Origin: Octopus vulgaris
Lineage: Eukaryota
Assembly (NCBI GenBank): GCA_951406725.2
Contig: OX597815.1
Span: 24,924,001-24,988,000, forward strand
Length of the DNA stretch: 64,000 nucleotides
Direction: 5' to 3'
A model generated the notes under the pieces. The model ran no database searches and was not told where the DNA came from. It saw only the letters and a program-made list of their open reading frames with translations. The translations under genes were made by a program, and so were the position numbers. Each line of letters starts with the position of its first letter. The stretch's first letter is position 1. Of this stretch, positions 39,723 to 54,652 are shown piece after piece.

Positions 39723-40114
39723 TAATATATGAGAGAGCGATATATATATTAGTTTCCCCCCCCCCACCTTTCCTTTTCAAGCTATTAGCTGCCATCTTTA
39801 CAGTCTTTTCCTGTAAATGTTGTTCTCATTTCTTACGATTCCACTTGGTTTCTTTTCGTGTGGATACGGTGTGCTCAGACGACTCCTGATTTGTAATCTG
39901 AGCAACCGTGATAACATGGAAGCGATAACGAGTTTCAATTAATTCCCTTTCTTAATCCTTTCAATCTATTCTGCCGAGCAGATTGGTTGGTATTTGTGCA
40001 GAAAAAGCATCTACTACCTCTTATCTACTAAACTAAGTGACATAAAAATCTGTGTAAATTCTCTAGTCTCAAGCTGGACCGAAATTTATAAACGCCCACT
40101 TAGTGTAATTCCTT

Positions 40115-40182
<68 letters not shown>

Positions 40183-40641
40183 ACACACAAAGAGCACAAT
40201 TCTTAATTGTTGAAATTTCATATTTTTCTGGGTTTTTTTCTCGCTTACGAATCGTCAATTCTATGATGTAGAGTTGTAAGTAAATAGTAAATTCTTTACT
40301 TGAGAAAGATTAACTCGTTACAGCTGAATAGCCGATTATCTCATTTCATTAATATTTAATATTGATAGGCACAATTATCAGATATTGTGGTACGGAAATG
40401 AAATTAAGGGACACATCTTTTTTTCTCTCTCTCTCTCTCGCAATAGCATTAGCGACAAAGTTAAGCGTTTACAGCTGAATATTGAAAGCTGATCCCTGAA
40501 TAAGTGTAAGAGACTTATTGCGGTGGTATTGAATAAATCAACTTAGCCATTGTAAGTCAGTATCCCCAAAACCATCCTTTGCAGCAGGGTCGACGAACCG
40601 AGGTAAATTACGCCAAGTAGGATAAAAATGAAATTCTTGGG

Positions 40642-40691
<50 letters not shown>

Positions 40692-40694
<3 letters not shown>

Positions 40695-40922
40695 TTCTTT
40701 ACTACCCACAAGGGGCTAAACACAGAGGGGACAAACAAGGACAGACAAATGGGTTAAGTCGATTACATCGATCCCAGTGCGTAACTGGTACTTAATTTAT
40801 CGACCCCGAAAGGATGAAAGGCAAAGTCGACCTCGGCGGAATTTGAACTCAGAACGTAACGGCAGACGAAATACCGCTAAGCATTTCGCCCGGCGTGCTA
40901 ACGTTTCTGCCAGCTCACCGCC
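40692..40922 (-). mobile_element. Full-length family 1 tail A SINE within (TA)n
   Basis: Near-identical to 38244-38474; (TA)n on both sides. Confidence 0.92.
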
Positions 40923-41002
<80 letters not shown>

Positions 41003-41074
41003 GTATGTGCGTATGTATGTATGTATGTATGTATGTATGTATGTATGTATGTATGTATGTATGTATATGTGTAA

Positions 41075-41330
41075 GTTTTTGCTTGTCCTCCACCATCGAT
41101 TGACATCTGGTGTTGATATGTTTACGTTTCCGTAACTCAGCAGTTTGACAAAAAGGAACTGGTAGTCGAAGTATTAGGCTTTAAAAAACGGTAAGACCAC
41201 ATGGTTTTGGGGTCAGTCCCACTGCGTGGCAACTTCAGCACATGCCCTCTACTATAGCATCGGACCGACCATAGATTTATGAGTGTATTTGGTAGATGGA
41301 TACTGGAAGAAGCTTGTGGTATGTGTGTGT
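41075..41330 (+). mobile_element. Two partial diverged family 2 SINE pieces (3' half then 5' half)
   Basis: tgtttacgtttccgtaactcagcagttt... and ccacatggttttggggtcagtcccactgcgtggca... match 31240-31480. Confidence 0.7.
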
Positions 41331-41560
41331 TTGAAGCATCCTGTTCTTGAGCAAAGCACCTCATTTCACGTTTTCCCAGTCTACTCAGCAGTAAATGGGT
41401 AACCCTATGACGACTGGCTTCCGATCAAGGAGAATGTTAACCTGCTAAAATGATGCAAAGCGCATTGTGACAATCGTTGTATAACAAAATCCAATTGTTT
41501 GGTCTATCAGATAGTCACATGACACACACACACACACACACCTCTCTCTCTCTCTCTCTC

Positions 41561-41632
<72 letters not shown>

Positions 41633-42499
41633 GCATACACACACGCACGCATATGTATATATATAGATATATATAGTCGAAACACAGACAAAAGCATGTG
41701 AATGGTATTTCAAAATATTCTTTACACGCCTTTCAATAATTTTTTGTCGATCATATTCATTAGATAAAACAAAATATCGAAATATAAAGCTGCCCTCATA
41801 GAACATTCTTCCTCTGAGGAATACCATCTGTAAAAGATTATTGAAATGTATGGAATGAAATTTTCCGAATATCATTTGACTTATTGTCTCTCTATATTTC
41901 GACTACTATATGTAGCTCTTCTTACTGATTCCGTATTTATGCCATTTTAAAAATAGCTTGAATATCGAAAGTCATGGAAATTTTGGCACCCTACTAAATA
42001 TGTGTGTGTGTGTGTACGTGCGTGTGTGTGCATGTATGTGTGTGTGCATGTATGTATGTATGTATGTATGCATGTATGTATGTATGTATGTATGTGTGTG
42101 TGTATGTATGTATGTATGTATGTATGTATGTATGTATGTATGTATGTATGTATGAATGTATGTATGTGTGTATATATGTATGTCATTATTCAGTTTTATT
42201 TCAATTTTTTTTTTGCCAATAGAGAGAAAGCTGGTCTCTAATCTAGACCCCAGGTTCCTTCATTAGAATTTCTATATCCTCATCAGGGTATGTATGTATG
42301 TATGTATGTATGTATGTATGTATGTATGTATGTACGTATTTAAGTATATATGTATGTATGGATGGATGTTTGTATGTATGTATGGATGTATGTTTGTATG
42401 TATGTATATATATATGTGTGTGTATGTGTGTGTGTGTGCAGATTTGTATGTTTTGTTTCATGTATGTATACTCATGCATATAGTCACATATCTAAACAT

Positions 42500-43220
42500 G
42501 CTGATATATACTTAAATGATAAACTTCTGGAAAGTCTTACAGATTTTTACAGTTCCAGTGATGGCTTGGACCTGTAGTCTTCGTATCAGCTTTCTCCTTT
42601 TAGGTTTTTAGAAGCTTAATTTCTCAAGATTGGTATTTAGGCAATGTGTTACATATCCCAGTGCCCCCTAATTACGGGTATAAATCTGAACTTGTAATGT
42701 GGATAGAGTAACTGCAGATTTCTCAATAGCTCATCTTAGGTATCCTCTATTTCACTGATCTTCAGCTTTATGTTAACATCCGCTGGGCAGCTGATTTCCA
42801 CAACTGTACACAGTTTCTCTTCTCCATCTCAAATCATTATATCAGGTCTATCGTGTTTACATTTCATTGAGATTTCCACTGGGACATTCCACCAATATTC
42901 CTTCTTATTATGAGTGGCTATGGCTTCCACCATATTGTTGGTTCTTGTTTCTTTGTCCTTGGAGTTATCCTTCCGACGAATCTCGTTATACAGTGTCCTG
43001 GCAACAACATGTCTCATCGGTAGATAATACCGTGGTGACATTTTTGGACAACTGCTTATGAGGTAGGTGATATCTTCGGTGTTAAATCCACAAAGTCATT
43101 TTATTGTTTTTCCTGCATCTCTGTCCCTTTTGTGCCGCAGGTATTTGGTTGGTATTTCCTGTTCCTGGATTGCAAACGCATGCCCTTCATAGTGGGAGGT
43201 AGTAATCCGTTGTTGGTCTC
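42500..43220 (-). mobile_element. 3' fragment of the second R4-like LINE family (zinc knuckle and endonuclease)
   Basis: AFAIQEQEIPTKYL, MSPRYYLPMRH, WWNVPV..KCKHDRPDIMI, VEISCPADVNI, IPVIRG; homologous to 37110-37590; abuts (TTA)n. Confidence 0.87.
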
Positions 43221-43236
43221 TCAATATTATTATTAT

Positions 43237-43785
43237 TGAGTGAGAGAGCAGTGCATGCCATCAAAGTGACAATGGGGTAAAATATACGAAGCCCAGTTTA
43301 CCCATCATGACTACCCGTCTAATAAGGGTACACTAGGCATATGCATCACAACCATATGTGCGCGACATGGTGATCTCATATCAAGATAAACAGCGCATGA
43401 CCTTGCAAGTGGGGCCCAGTTAGAATTTTCTTCTGGTCGAATAACCCATCCCGCTCAAAAGGTCCCTGAATAAGGGTTGTTTAAGGATGTTGAACGAAAC
43501 ACCCTTGTTTTCAGAGGTGAATTATTCAAACCCCAAAGAATCCCTCTCAACACATGGCTATGATGCTCCCCCACTACTTCTGCTCGTGACCAGAGATGCA
43601 CATATCATCAGCCACTAAGGGACATGGTCAACTGGTTAAGGTCAAACAACTGACAAGCAAATCTGTGGTATTGAGCAGAATATTTGCTGTAGCCCATTTT
43701 TTATACCAAGACAAAACAATGTACATGATAACACTTCCAATCAGTTAAGATCAGAGAGACACTGTCTGGTACTGCATCAGGGCAT
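43237..43785 (-). mobile_element. Non-coding interspersed repeat ending in (TAA)n, copy 2 (about 550 bp, apparently complete)
   Basis: Colinear with 27839-28340; element strand starts after (AAAT)n with atgccctgatgcagtaccag and ends ...ctctcactca(ataa)n. Confidence 0.87.
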
Positions 43786-44051
43786 TTATTTATTTATTTT
43801 TTTTCCTTCTTTCTTCAAATTTTCTTCCGTTTCTCGCCAAGTGTTTTCCGTACACCTAGGGCAGAGAAGCTCATTGTGTGCATTCCCAAATTACACACGG
43901 AAATTCACAGGTAAAATATGTATTTAAAAATTAATAAATAAATAAATTCATGGATGGATGTTGTTTTCACAGCGATAATGCTCTTCTCAGTACATGAACC
44001 GTTCCAGTTAACACGATTTTTTGCACTTCCTGTAGGGATGGTAAGCCTGGT

Positions 44052-44301
<250 letters not shown>

Positions 44302-45062
44302 ATTTTTCTTCTAAAAATAATATTGAATAAAGGGACCCATTGAGTTTAACATGCCGGGAATAGTTTGCTTATTGTTTGATGAATAGAGAGGAAAGGAAAC
44401 TCAAATGAAAGTGTCATTCTAACTCTTAGTACAGAAAGTTATATACTAAGTGCAACAAACTTGTGAACGAACAAATATATAAATAAATAAATAAGTGAAT
44501 ATAGAATAAAGGAATTAGCGAATTAAGATGAAAGAACAAAAGAAAAAAAATGAACGAATGTTGGAATAAAAGAATGATAAAACTCGTAGAATTTCCACAT
44601 CTTTCTCTCTTCAATTTAACTACTCTCATTAGACATCGGAAACAATGAACAAGAGAGCAACAGTCAAAAATCTGCTGATTCACTTTGATTTCCATTTTAG
44701 TCTCTTCCTCGATTAATTCTTGCTTGCTTTTCCATTTCTTCTTTGGTTTTTTTTTTTTTTTTACTCTTTTTAACTTTCCTTCTCTCTGTTGCTTTTTTTT
44801 CCACGTCACCACGTCTCTTTCTTCCTTTCTCATTCATTTAAAAATTTTTTTTGCGCCGTTCTTCCCCACCCCCTGAGTTTCGCAGTTTACTCTCTCTTTC
44901 GTTTCGCTCACTCTTTCTCTTTCTTACCTCTTCTCTCTCTCTCTCTCTCTCTCTCTTTTACTTTCTTTCTCTCTTTTCCCTCTCTCTTTCTAACTTTCTC
45001 CCTTAGTTTTGCTTATTTTCATTCTTATTTTTGTTTTCTAGCTTTCAGTTTCGTTGTTTTTA

Positions 45063-45118
<56 letters not shown>

Positions 45119-45255
45119 TATTATTATTATTATTATTTCTTTTCGCGTATTTCTCTTTTATTTCGACATCCCTCGCTTTTTCACTCGTCTCTCTCTGACC
45201 CTAACTCATCTATGCACACTCACATTCTTTATTACTCTCTCTCTCTTTCTCTCTT

Positions 45256-45342
<87 letters not shown>

Positions 45343-46402
45343 CAACAATTGAGGGTAAAATTAATTAATTATTAATCAATTTCACCAAGTATTCAGTATG
45401 TAAAGGGACCATTTTAGGCGAATTCAAAATATTACATTATATATAAGGGCTTAGTATAATGTATTATATATAATATTACATTATATATAAGGGCTTATAT
45501 ATAATGTAATATTTTATATATATATATATATATTACAATTAATAAGTGGAATGATCACTAAAATGGATTCCTATACGCTAGAGGTAGACGTCAAATCGCC
45601 TTACCACAAAGAATGTGTTCTCAAGAAAAAAAAAACATCATGTGTATATATATATATATATATATAGATATATATATATATATACACACATTTACAAACA
45701 CATCCATACATACATGCATATATATGTGTGTGAGTATGTATGTGTGTGTATGCATGTATGCATGCATGCATGTCTGATGTATGTATGTATGTATGTATGT
45801 ATGTATGTATGTATGTATGTATGTATGTATGTATGTATGCATGCATGTATGTATATATGTATACACATACTTTCTTCTGTATTTCAAGTTCACATACCGT
45901 CTCTGTGTCTGTCTCAGCCTCTGTCTGTCTACCCTCTCTCTCCCTCTCTTTCCATCTCTGTCTGTCTCTCTTCCACTCCCTCTCCGTTTCACTGCTCGTC
46001 TTGTTTCGTTTTCTCTTTCTTTTTCCACTCTTTTTCTTTTCCTGTAGATTCAACTCAGAGCTGCGGCCATGCTGATGCACCGCCATTTTCTACATTTCCA
46101 TTTTTTAAATTTTGTTCTTATTCCTTCATAAAACATTTTCTCACTTTTTCTTTTTTCGCTTTTTCTCTTTTAGTATTCTATTTTTCCTTTCTTCTTACAC
46201 TTCTTTCTCTCTCCTCTTTCTCTTTTATCTCTATTTCCTTTTCCTTCTCCTACCACCGACTTTTTCTCTCTCTTTTCCTTTCATTCTTCTCTCTTTCTCT
46301 TCTCCATTCCTTCTCTCACTCTCTTTCTCTCTTACACATGTTTCTGTCTTTCAACTTTGCTTTCCTCACACTTTCTTCCTTTCTCTAATTTCACAAATAT
46401 TA

Positions 46403-46405
46403 CTC

Positions 46406-46468
<63 letters not shown>

Positions 46469-46496
46469 CTCTCTCTCTCTCTGTCTCTCTCTCTCT

Positions 46497-46532
<36 letters not shown>

Positions 46533-46598
46533 CTCTCTCTGTCTCTCTGTCTCTCTGTCTCTCTCCTCTCGCTCTCTCTGTCTCTCTCTCTCTCTCAG

Positions 46599-46664
<66 letters not shown>

Positions 46665-46665
46665 T

Positions 46666-46716
<51 letters not shown>
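46403..46716. repeat. (CT)n microsatellite, about 310 bp
   Basis: Direct reading. Confidence 0.97.
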
Positions 46717-46719
<3 letters not shown>

Positions 46720-47164
46720 CATTCCATGGTTCTTGCTTACCCTTTCATCTATTCACATGTTATATTTCGTCCTCATATTCTCATTATTCATTCAGTTGTC
46801 CGAACATAACATTTCGTTTGTACCGTTTCTAGAATTCATTCTCTCATTCACTTCTTCTTTATTGGTTTCGTAATTTCTTCATAAGAAGTTTTCTTTTCTC
46901 CACCATCATCATCACTTTATTTTCTTTGCCTGGTTGAAAATAAGTGATGTATATGTACGTTATTGATTTATTATATGCACGCTGTACAGTTCGGGCGTGA
47001 ATATATACACACACATACATACATACATACATACATACATACATACATACATACATACATACATACATACATACATACATACATACATACATACATACAT
47101 ACATAAACACACGCACACACATACATACATACATAAACACACGCACACACATACATTCATACAT

Positions 47165-48385
47165 ACACGCTGTACAGTTCGGGCGTGAATATATACACAT
47201 ACATACATACATACATACATACATAAACACACGCACACACATACATAAACACACGCACACACATACATTCATACATAAACACACGTACACACATACATAC
47301 ATACATACATACATACATACATACTTACATACATAAACACACGCACATACATACATACAAACATACATACATACACACATACACACACACACACATACAT
47401 ACATACAAACATACATACATACATACATACATACACATACACATACATACATACATACATACATACATACATACATACTTACATACATACTTACATACAT
47501 AACCACACGCACACACATACATTCATACATACATACATACATACATACATACATACATACATACACACACATACATACATACATACATACATACATACAT
47601 ACATACATACATACATAAACACACGCACATACATACACACACACACACGCACACAAATGTAAATAAATGAATAACACGTATGTGTCTGTTGGCGTTTCAG
47701 AAGTGTGTGGGAGGTGTAGGCATATTTCTGGGAATGGTAAGAACTTATTTCTTGGAAGCCAATGCCAACAAATTGTTTTGTCATATTAGTTTTAGCTTCC
47801 CCAATCCATAAACACATTTTCCCTAAGAAATGCTCGAGTTGTCAAAATATGTATATTAATGTAATTTCTCAACGTGAAGGATTTGCTTGATGGAGTGATA
47901 ACAGTTTTTCAAAGTCTAGATTAAAGTCTCTTGGTATCCCCAGAAAATATTCCCATGCCATTATTCTAATATGCCTAATCAGTGAAAGATTTTTCTACTA
48001 AAAACCCTATATATTCCACTGAGTGGAATATATAGGAATTTTGTAAAAACATAAATATATAGAGTCTGGTTAAGATGAGTGAAAGTAAACACTTTTGAAG
48101 CGGTTTAAACATCGCAAAATTCTGACTCACTCCATACTATATGCTCACTTGAATGTTGAAGTCGTCTGCCTTAGTTTTGACAAAAATTATCGTTAATGCT
48201 ACAGACTTTTGTTTTCATTATAAGTAAACTTTGAACTAATTATACATTTTTGCGGATCACCATATCCCACGCGAAGCGTATATATTCTTAAAGCAAATGG
48301 ACACAAAGTGCAATCGCACACGTTCGTGTAGAAAAAAAGTATGTACATTCATTGCATGAGTGCAAGTATATCCACACATACACCA

Positions 48386-48429
<44 letters not shown>

Positions 48430-48515
48430 GAACTCACAAATCTCTGAATTGTTTTACTTACCAAGAGAAAGAACGAAAGAAAGAGAGAGAGAGAGAAAGA
48501 AAGAAAGAAAGAAAA

Positions 48516-48574
<59 letters not shown>

Positions 48575-50236
48575 GAAAAAGAAAGAAGTGCTCGGTTTAG
48601 ATTTTGCGAAGAAAAACCTAAATCTCAAAGAAAAACATGCAGAAAAACCTTTAAAGATAGATGTATACGCTCATACATACATACATACATACATACATAC
48701 ATACATACATACATACATACATACATACATACATACATACATACATACATACATACATACATACATACATACATACATACATACATACATACATACATAC
48801 ATACATACATACATACATACATACACATACATACACACACATACACACATACATACATACATACATACATACATACATACATACATACATACATACATAC
48901 ATACAAATACATACATACATACAAATACATACATACATACATAAACACACGCACACACACACATACATACATAAACACACGCACACACATACATACATAC
49001 ATACACGCTTACAGTTCATAATACATACACATACATACATACATACATACATACATACAACACACATACACACATACATAAACACACATACACACATACA
49101 TACATACATAAACACACATACACACATACATACATACATACATACATACATACATACTACATACATAAACACACATACATACATACATACATACATACAT
49201 ACATACACACATACACACACACACACATACATACATACAAACATACATACATACATACATACATACACATACACATACATACATACATACATACATACAT
49301 ACATACATACTTACATACATACTTACATACATAACCACACGCACACACATACATTCATACATACATACATACATACATACATACATACACACACACACAT
49401 ACATACATACACACACACACACATACATACATACATACATACATACATACATACATACATACATACATACATACACGCACACACATACACACACACACAC
49501 ACACAAATGTAAATAAATGAATAACACGTATGTGTCTGTTGGCGTTTCAGAAGTGTGTGGGAGGTGTAGGCATATTTCTGGGAATGGTAAGAACTTATTT
49601 CTTGGAAGCCAATGCCAACAAATTGTTTTGTCATATTAGTTTTAGCTTCCCCAATCCATAAACACATTTTCCCTAAGAAATGCTCGAGTTGTCAAAATAT
49701 GTATATTAATGTAATTTCTCAACGTGAAGGATTTGCTTGATGGAGTGATAACAGTTTTTCAAAGTCTAGATTAAAGTCTCTTGGTATCCCCAGAAAATAT
49801 TCCCATGCCATTATTCTAATATGCCTAATCAGTGAAAGATTTTTCTACTAAAAACCCTATATATTCCACTGAGTGGAATATATAGGAATTTTTGTAAAAA
49901 CATAAATATATAGAGTCTGGTTAAGATGAGTGAAAGTAAACACTTTTGAAGCGGTTTAAACATCGCAAAATTCTGACTCACTCCATACTATATGCTCACT
50001 TGAATGTTGAAGTCGTCTGCCTTAGTTTTGACAAAAATTATCGTTAATGCTACAGACTTTTGTTTTCATTATAAGTAAACTTTGAACTAATTATACATTT
50101 TTGCGGATCACTATATCCCACGCGAAGCGTATATATTCTTAAAGCAAATGGACACAAAGTGCAATCGCACACGTTCGTGTAGAAAAAAAGTATGTACATT
50201 CATTGCATGAGTGCAAGTATATCCACACATACACCA

Positions 50237-50280
<44 letters not shown>

Positions 50281-50369
50281 GAACTCACAAATCTCTGAAT
50301 TGTTTTACTTACCAAGAGAAAGAACGAAAGAAAGAGAGAGAGAGAGAAAGAAAGAAAGAAAGAAAGAAA

Positions 50370-50425
<56 letters not shown>

Positions 50426-50521
50426 AAAAAAGAAAGAAGTGCTCGGTTTAGATTTTGCGAAGAAAAACCTAAATCTCAAAGAAAAACATGCAGAAAAACC
50501 TTTAAAGATAGATGTATACGC
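47165..50521 (+). repeat. Near-identical tandem duplication, period about 1850 bp
   Basis: 47655-48670 recurs at 49505-50521; variant patterns in the upstream (CATA)n arrays also recur. Confidence 0.95.
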
Positions 50522-50522
50522 T

Positions 50523-52245
50523 CATACATACATACATACATACATACATACATACATACATACACACATACATACATACATACATACATACATACATACA
50601 TACATACATACATACATACATACACACACACATGCATACATACATACATACATACATACGTACATACATACATTCATACATACATACATACATACACACA
50701 TACATACACACATACATACATACATACATACATACATACATACATACACACATACATACATACATACATACATACATACATACATACATACATACATACA
50801 TACACACATACATACATACATACATACATACATACACACACACATACATACACACACACATACATACATACATACATACATACACACATACATACATACA
50901 TACATACATACATACATACATACATACATACATACATACATACATACATACACACATACATACATACATACACACATACATACATACACACATACATACA
51001 TACATACATACATATACACACACATACATACATACATACATACATACATACATACATACATACATACATACATACACACACACATACATACATACATACA
51101 TACATACATACACACATACATACATACATACATACATACATACACACATACATACATACATACATACATACATACATACATACATACATACATACATACA
51201 TACATACACACATACACACATACATACATACATACATACATACATACATACATACATACATACATACACACACATACATACATACATATATACATACACA
51301 CATACATACATACATACATACATACATACATACATACATACATACATACACACATACATACATACACACATACATACATACATACATACATACATACATA
51401 CATACATACATACATACATACATACATACATACACACATACATACATACATACATACATACATACATACATACATACATACATACACACATACATACATA
51501 CATACATACATACATACATACATACATACATACATACATACATACATACATACATACACACATACATACCTACATACATACATATACACACACATACATA
51601 CATACATACATACATACATACATACATACATACACACACACATACATACATACATACATACATACATACATACACACATACATACATACATACATACACA
51701 CATACATACATACATACATACATACACACATACACACATACATACATACATACATACATACATACATACATACATACATACATACATACATACATACATA
51801 CATACATACATACACATACATACATACATACATACATACATACACACATACATACATACATACATACATACATACATACATACATACATACACACACATA
51901 CATACATACATACATACATACATACATACATACATACATACATACATACATACACACATACATACATACACACATACATACATACATACATACATACATA
52001 CATACATACACACATACATACATACACACATACATACATACATACATACATACATACATACATACATACATACATACACACATACATACATACATACATA
52101 CATACATACATACATACATACATACACACATACATACATAACACATACATACATACATACATACATACATACATACACACATACATACATACACACATAC
52201 ATACATACACACATACATACATACATACATACATACATACATACA

Positions 52246-52279
<34 letters not shown>

Positions 52280-52290
52280 CATACATACAT
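50523..52290. repeat. (CATA)n array with CA variants, about 1.77 kb
   Basis: Direct reading; source of the 576-693 aa artefactual ORFs. Confidence 0.98.
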
Positions 52291-52649
52291 AAGTTCATGT
52301 ATATATGCATCCTTTGTACATGCATACATAATTAAAAGTAGCGCTATACGGTGTTTTGAATAAATTGACGTGTTAAGAAAACTTACAGTGTGTGTGTTTC
52401 GCAAACATAGATATTTAGCTTCGATATGGAAAGTTGATACTGAGCTTAAGAAAGGATCAGCCTGACTAGTTTCAGTGCTTTTTTATTATTATTATTTTGC
52501 TTTTTACCCTGTCACTACTAAAGATTGGTTACTCACTTAACTGACAAGAGGAAATAGTTTATAGCTACTTATAGTTTACACCTAAACACGCCGTAAATTT
52601 ACTTACAGCTTTATACATACATATGTAATATTCGAAAAAAAATTATCAA

Positions 52650-53740
52650 GAAGTATATTATATTTCTAGATGTCTTCATCGGCATTTTGGTACAACTCAA
52701 ACAAGAAAAATATGAGAAAACTTATATCTAATTATTTGAACAGAAATGTAATAAATCATTATAATTATGACGCAGTCTTCTCAACCATGTATTTTTCTCT
52801 AAGGTTTGTTCACCCAAATTCACTGAAAACATTACTTCTCTTATGTACTCCATTCTAGCAAAGACCCTAAAGATTTTCATAAACCTGGTAAATGGTTGTA
52901 CAACGTTCAAACACCATTTCTGTATCTCCTAAGAAATGCAAACACTGAAAGTATCATGAGTTTACAGAAATTATAGTAAATCTAACCCAAGCGCTTTAAT
53001 TGGAACATATATCACAGACAGATTTCAATGAATTCTTAAAGCAATGGAATCTTAAGAGATGGGCACAAATGAATAATATGATAAATTCTTCGACATATTT
53101 GTCGTTGAAATAGAAGTAGTTATATCCATAACTGAAATAAAATACAACTATAAATATCCCAACCTATAACCATGGATGACAAAAGCTCTGATTTCATCTA
53201 AGATCCTTAAGCTGAAAGTGTTAACAAAGAGATCTGAGATTCTTAGCTACAAATGCTACAGTAATATAGTTATCGAAATCGAGAAGATGGCCTCAGAAAT
53301 ATATTATACTGAGAAACTAGATAGGCAACAATATATAAAATAAATTATAAAATAAACCAGGGGCTATATGTAAAATTGACTATAAAATAATCCTTTATTG
53401 AAGCTCAAGCAGAAGAAAGCTCCATGAATCATTTCCCTGCTTCGTTCTGAAAAGATGTGGTCGTGTCCATAAAGAAACTACATTATTCAACTCTCTTCTT
53501 GCAAAAATAGGAAGAAATATTTATGAAGAGGTTCCATTATCTTCTAAATATTTCAGTCAGTACCTTAAAGAGAAATTATGTAAATATTTTCTTTATAATG
53601 CCAATCATTGCAAATGATATTCAAGCTACTTCAACTGGTTGAAAGTTTAATACTTCATGATATAATGTTTCCCGGGAAACTCAGAACATCTGTTGAGTAC
53701 TTTTTCCTCTCAAGTAATTTCTAACAAAAGCATAAATTCA
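52650..53740 (+). mobile_element. Highly decayed LINE ORF2 linker-region remnant (L2/CR1/Jockey group)
   Basis: Scattered motifs PWMTKAL and NSLLAKIG at spacing typical of the endonuclease-RT linker; no open frame. Confidence 0.4.
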
Positions 53741-53762
53741 TTAATACTATCATTATTATTAT

Positions 53763-53978
53763 GGCGACGAGCTGGTAGAATCGATAGCACACCGGACGAA
53801 ATACTTACTGACATTTTGTCCGTCTTTACGTTCTGAGTTCAAATACCGCCGGGGTCGACTTTGCCTTTCATCCTTTCGAGGTCGATAAAATAAGTGCTAG
53901 TGAAACACTGGGGTCGATGTAATTGACATACTCCTCCCCCGAAAGAGCTGGCCTTGTGCCAAAATTTGAAATCAATAT
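53763..53978 (+). mobile_element. Full-length family 1 SINE, tail B variant
   Basis: ggcgacgagctggtagaatcgatagcac...gagttcaaatacc...gcctttcatcctttcgaggtcgataaaataagt...ggccttgtgccaaaatttgaaa. Confidence 0.9.
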
Positions 53979-54153
53979 TATCATCATCATTATTATTATT
54001 GTAGTTGTTGTTGCTCTTGTGTTTTTATCAGCATCACCATCATTTGGCGATGGAGCCAATTACATTTGTCTAGCATTGCGCTAGTTCTTAACAATAACAG
54101 CAGAAGTAGTAGTTACTGCTGCTGCTGCTACTGCTCAGCAGCAGCAACAGCGT

Positions 54154-54652
54154 CCCCAGTATTTGACTGGTACTTAATTTATCGACTACGAAAGGATGAA
54201 AGGCAAAGTCGATCTCGACAGAATTTGAACTCAGACGTAAAGACAGACGAAATGCCGCTAAGCATTTTCCCCGGCAAGCTCACGGGCGAAATGCTTAGTG
54301 GTATTTCGTCTGTCTACGTTCTGAGTTCAAATTCCGCCGAGGTTCACTTTGCCTTTCATCCTTTCGGGGTCGATGAAATAAGTACTAGTTACGCACTGGG
54401 GTCGATATAATCGACTAAATCCGTTTGTCTGTACTTGTTTGTCCCCTCTATGTTCAGCCCCTTGTGGGAGGTAAAGAAATAGGTATTTCGTCTGCCGTTA
54501 CGTTCTGAGTTCAAATTCCACCGAGGTCGACTTTGCCTTTCATCCTTTCGGGATCGATAACTTAAGTACCAGTTGCGTACTGGGGTCGATCTGATCGACT
54601 GCCTCCCCTCCCCCAAAATTTAGGGTCTTGTGCCTAGAGTAGAAAAGATTAT
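54154..54652. mobile_element. Head-to-head family 1 SINEs: minus copy 54154-54273 and plus-strand dimer 54282-54652
   Basis: Inverted arms separated by gcaagctca; dimer junction gtaaagaaata|ggtatttcgtctgcc at 54481/54482. Confidence 0.9.

Noticed and set aside
39833-39907. Exon-like segment on the minus strand (ctcag...gtaaga)
   Set aside because: Weak polypyrimidine tract and no recognisable peptide.
42243-42290. Minus-strand CTGATGA...GAAA
   Set aside because: No stem II and no UH cleavage triplet after stem III.
50192-52404. ORFs of 576-693 aa in several frames
   Set aside because: Translations of (CATA)n; no stop codons in the repeat and no protein signal.
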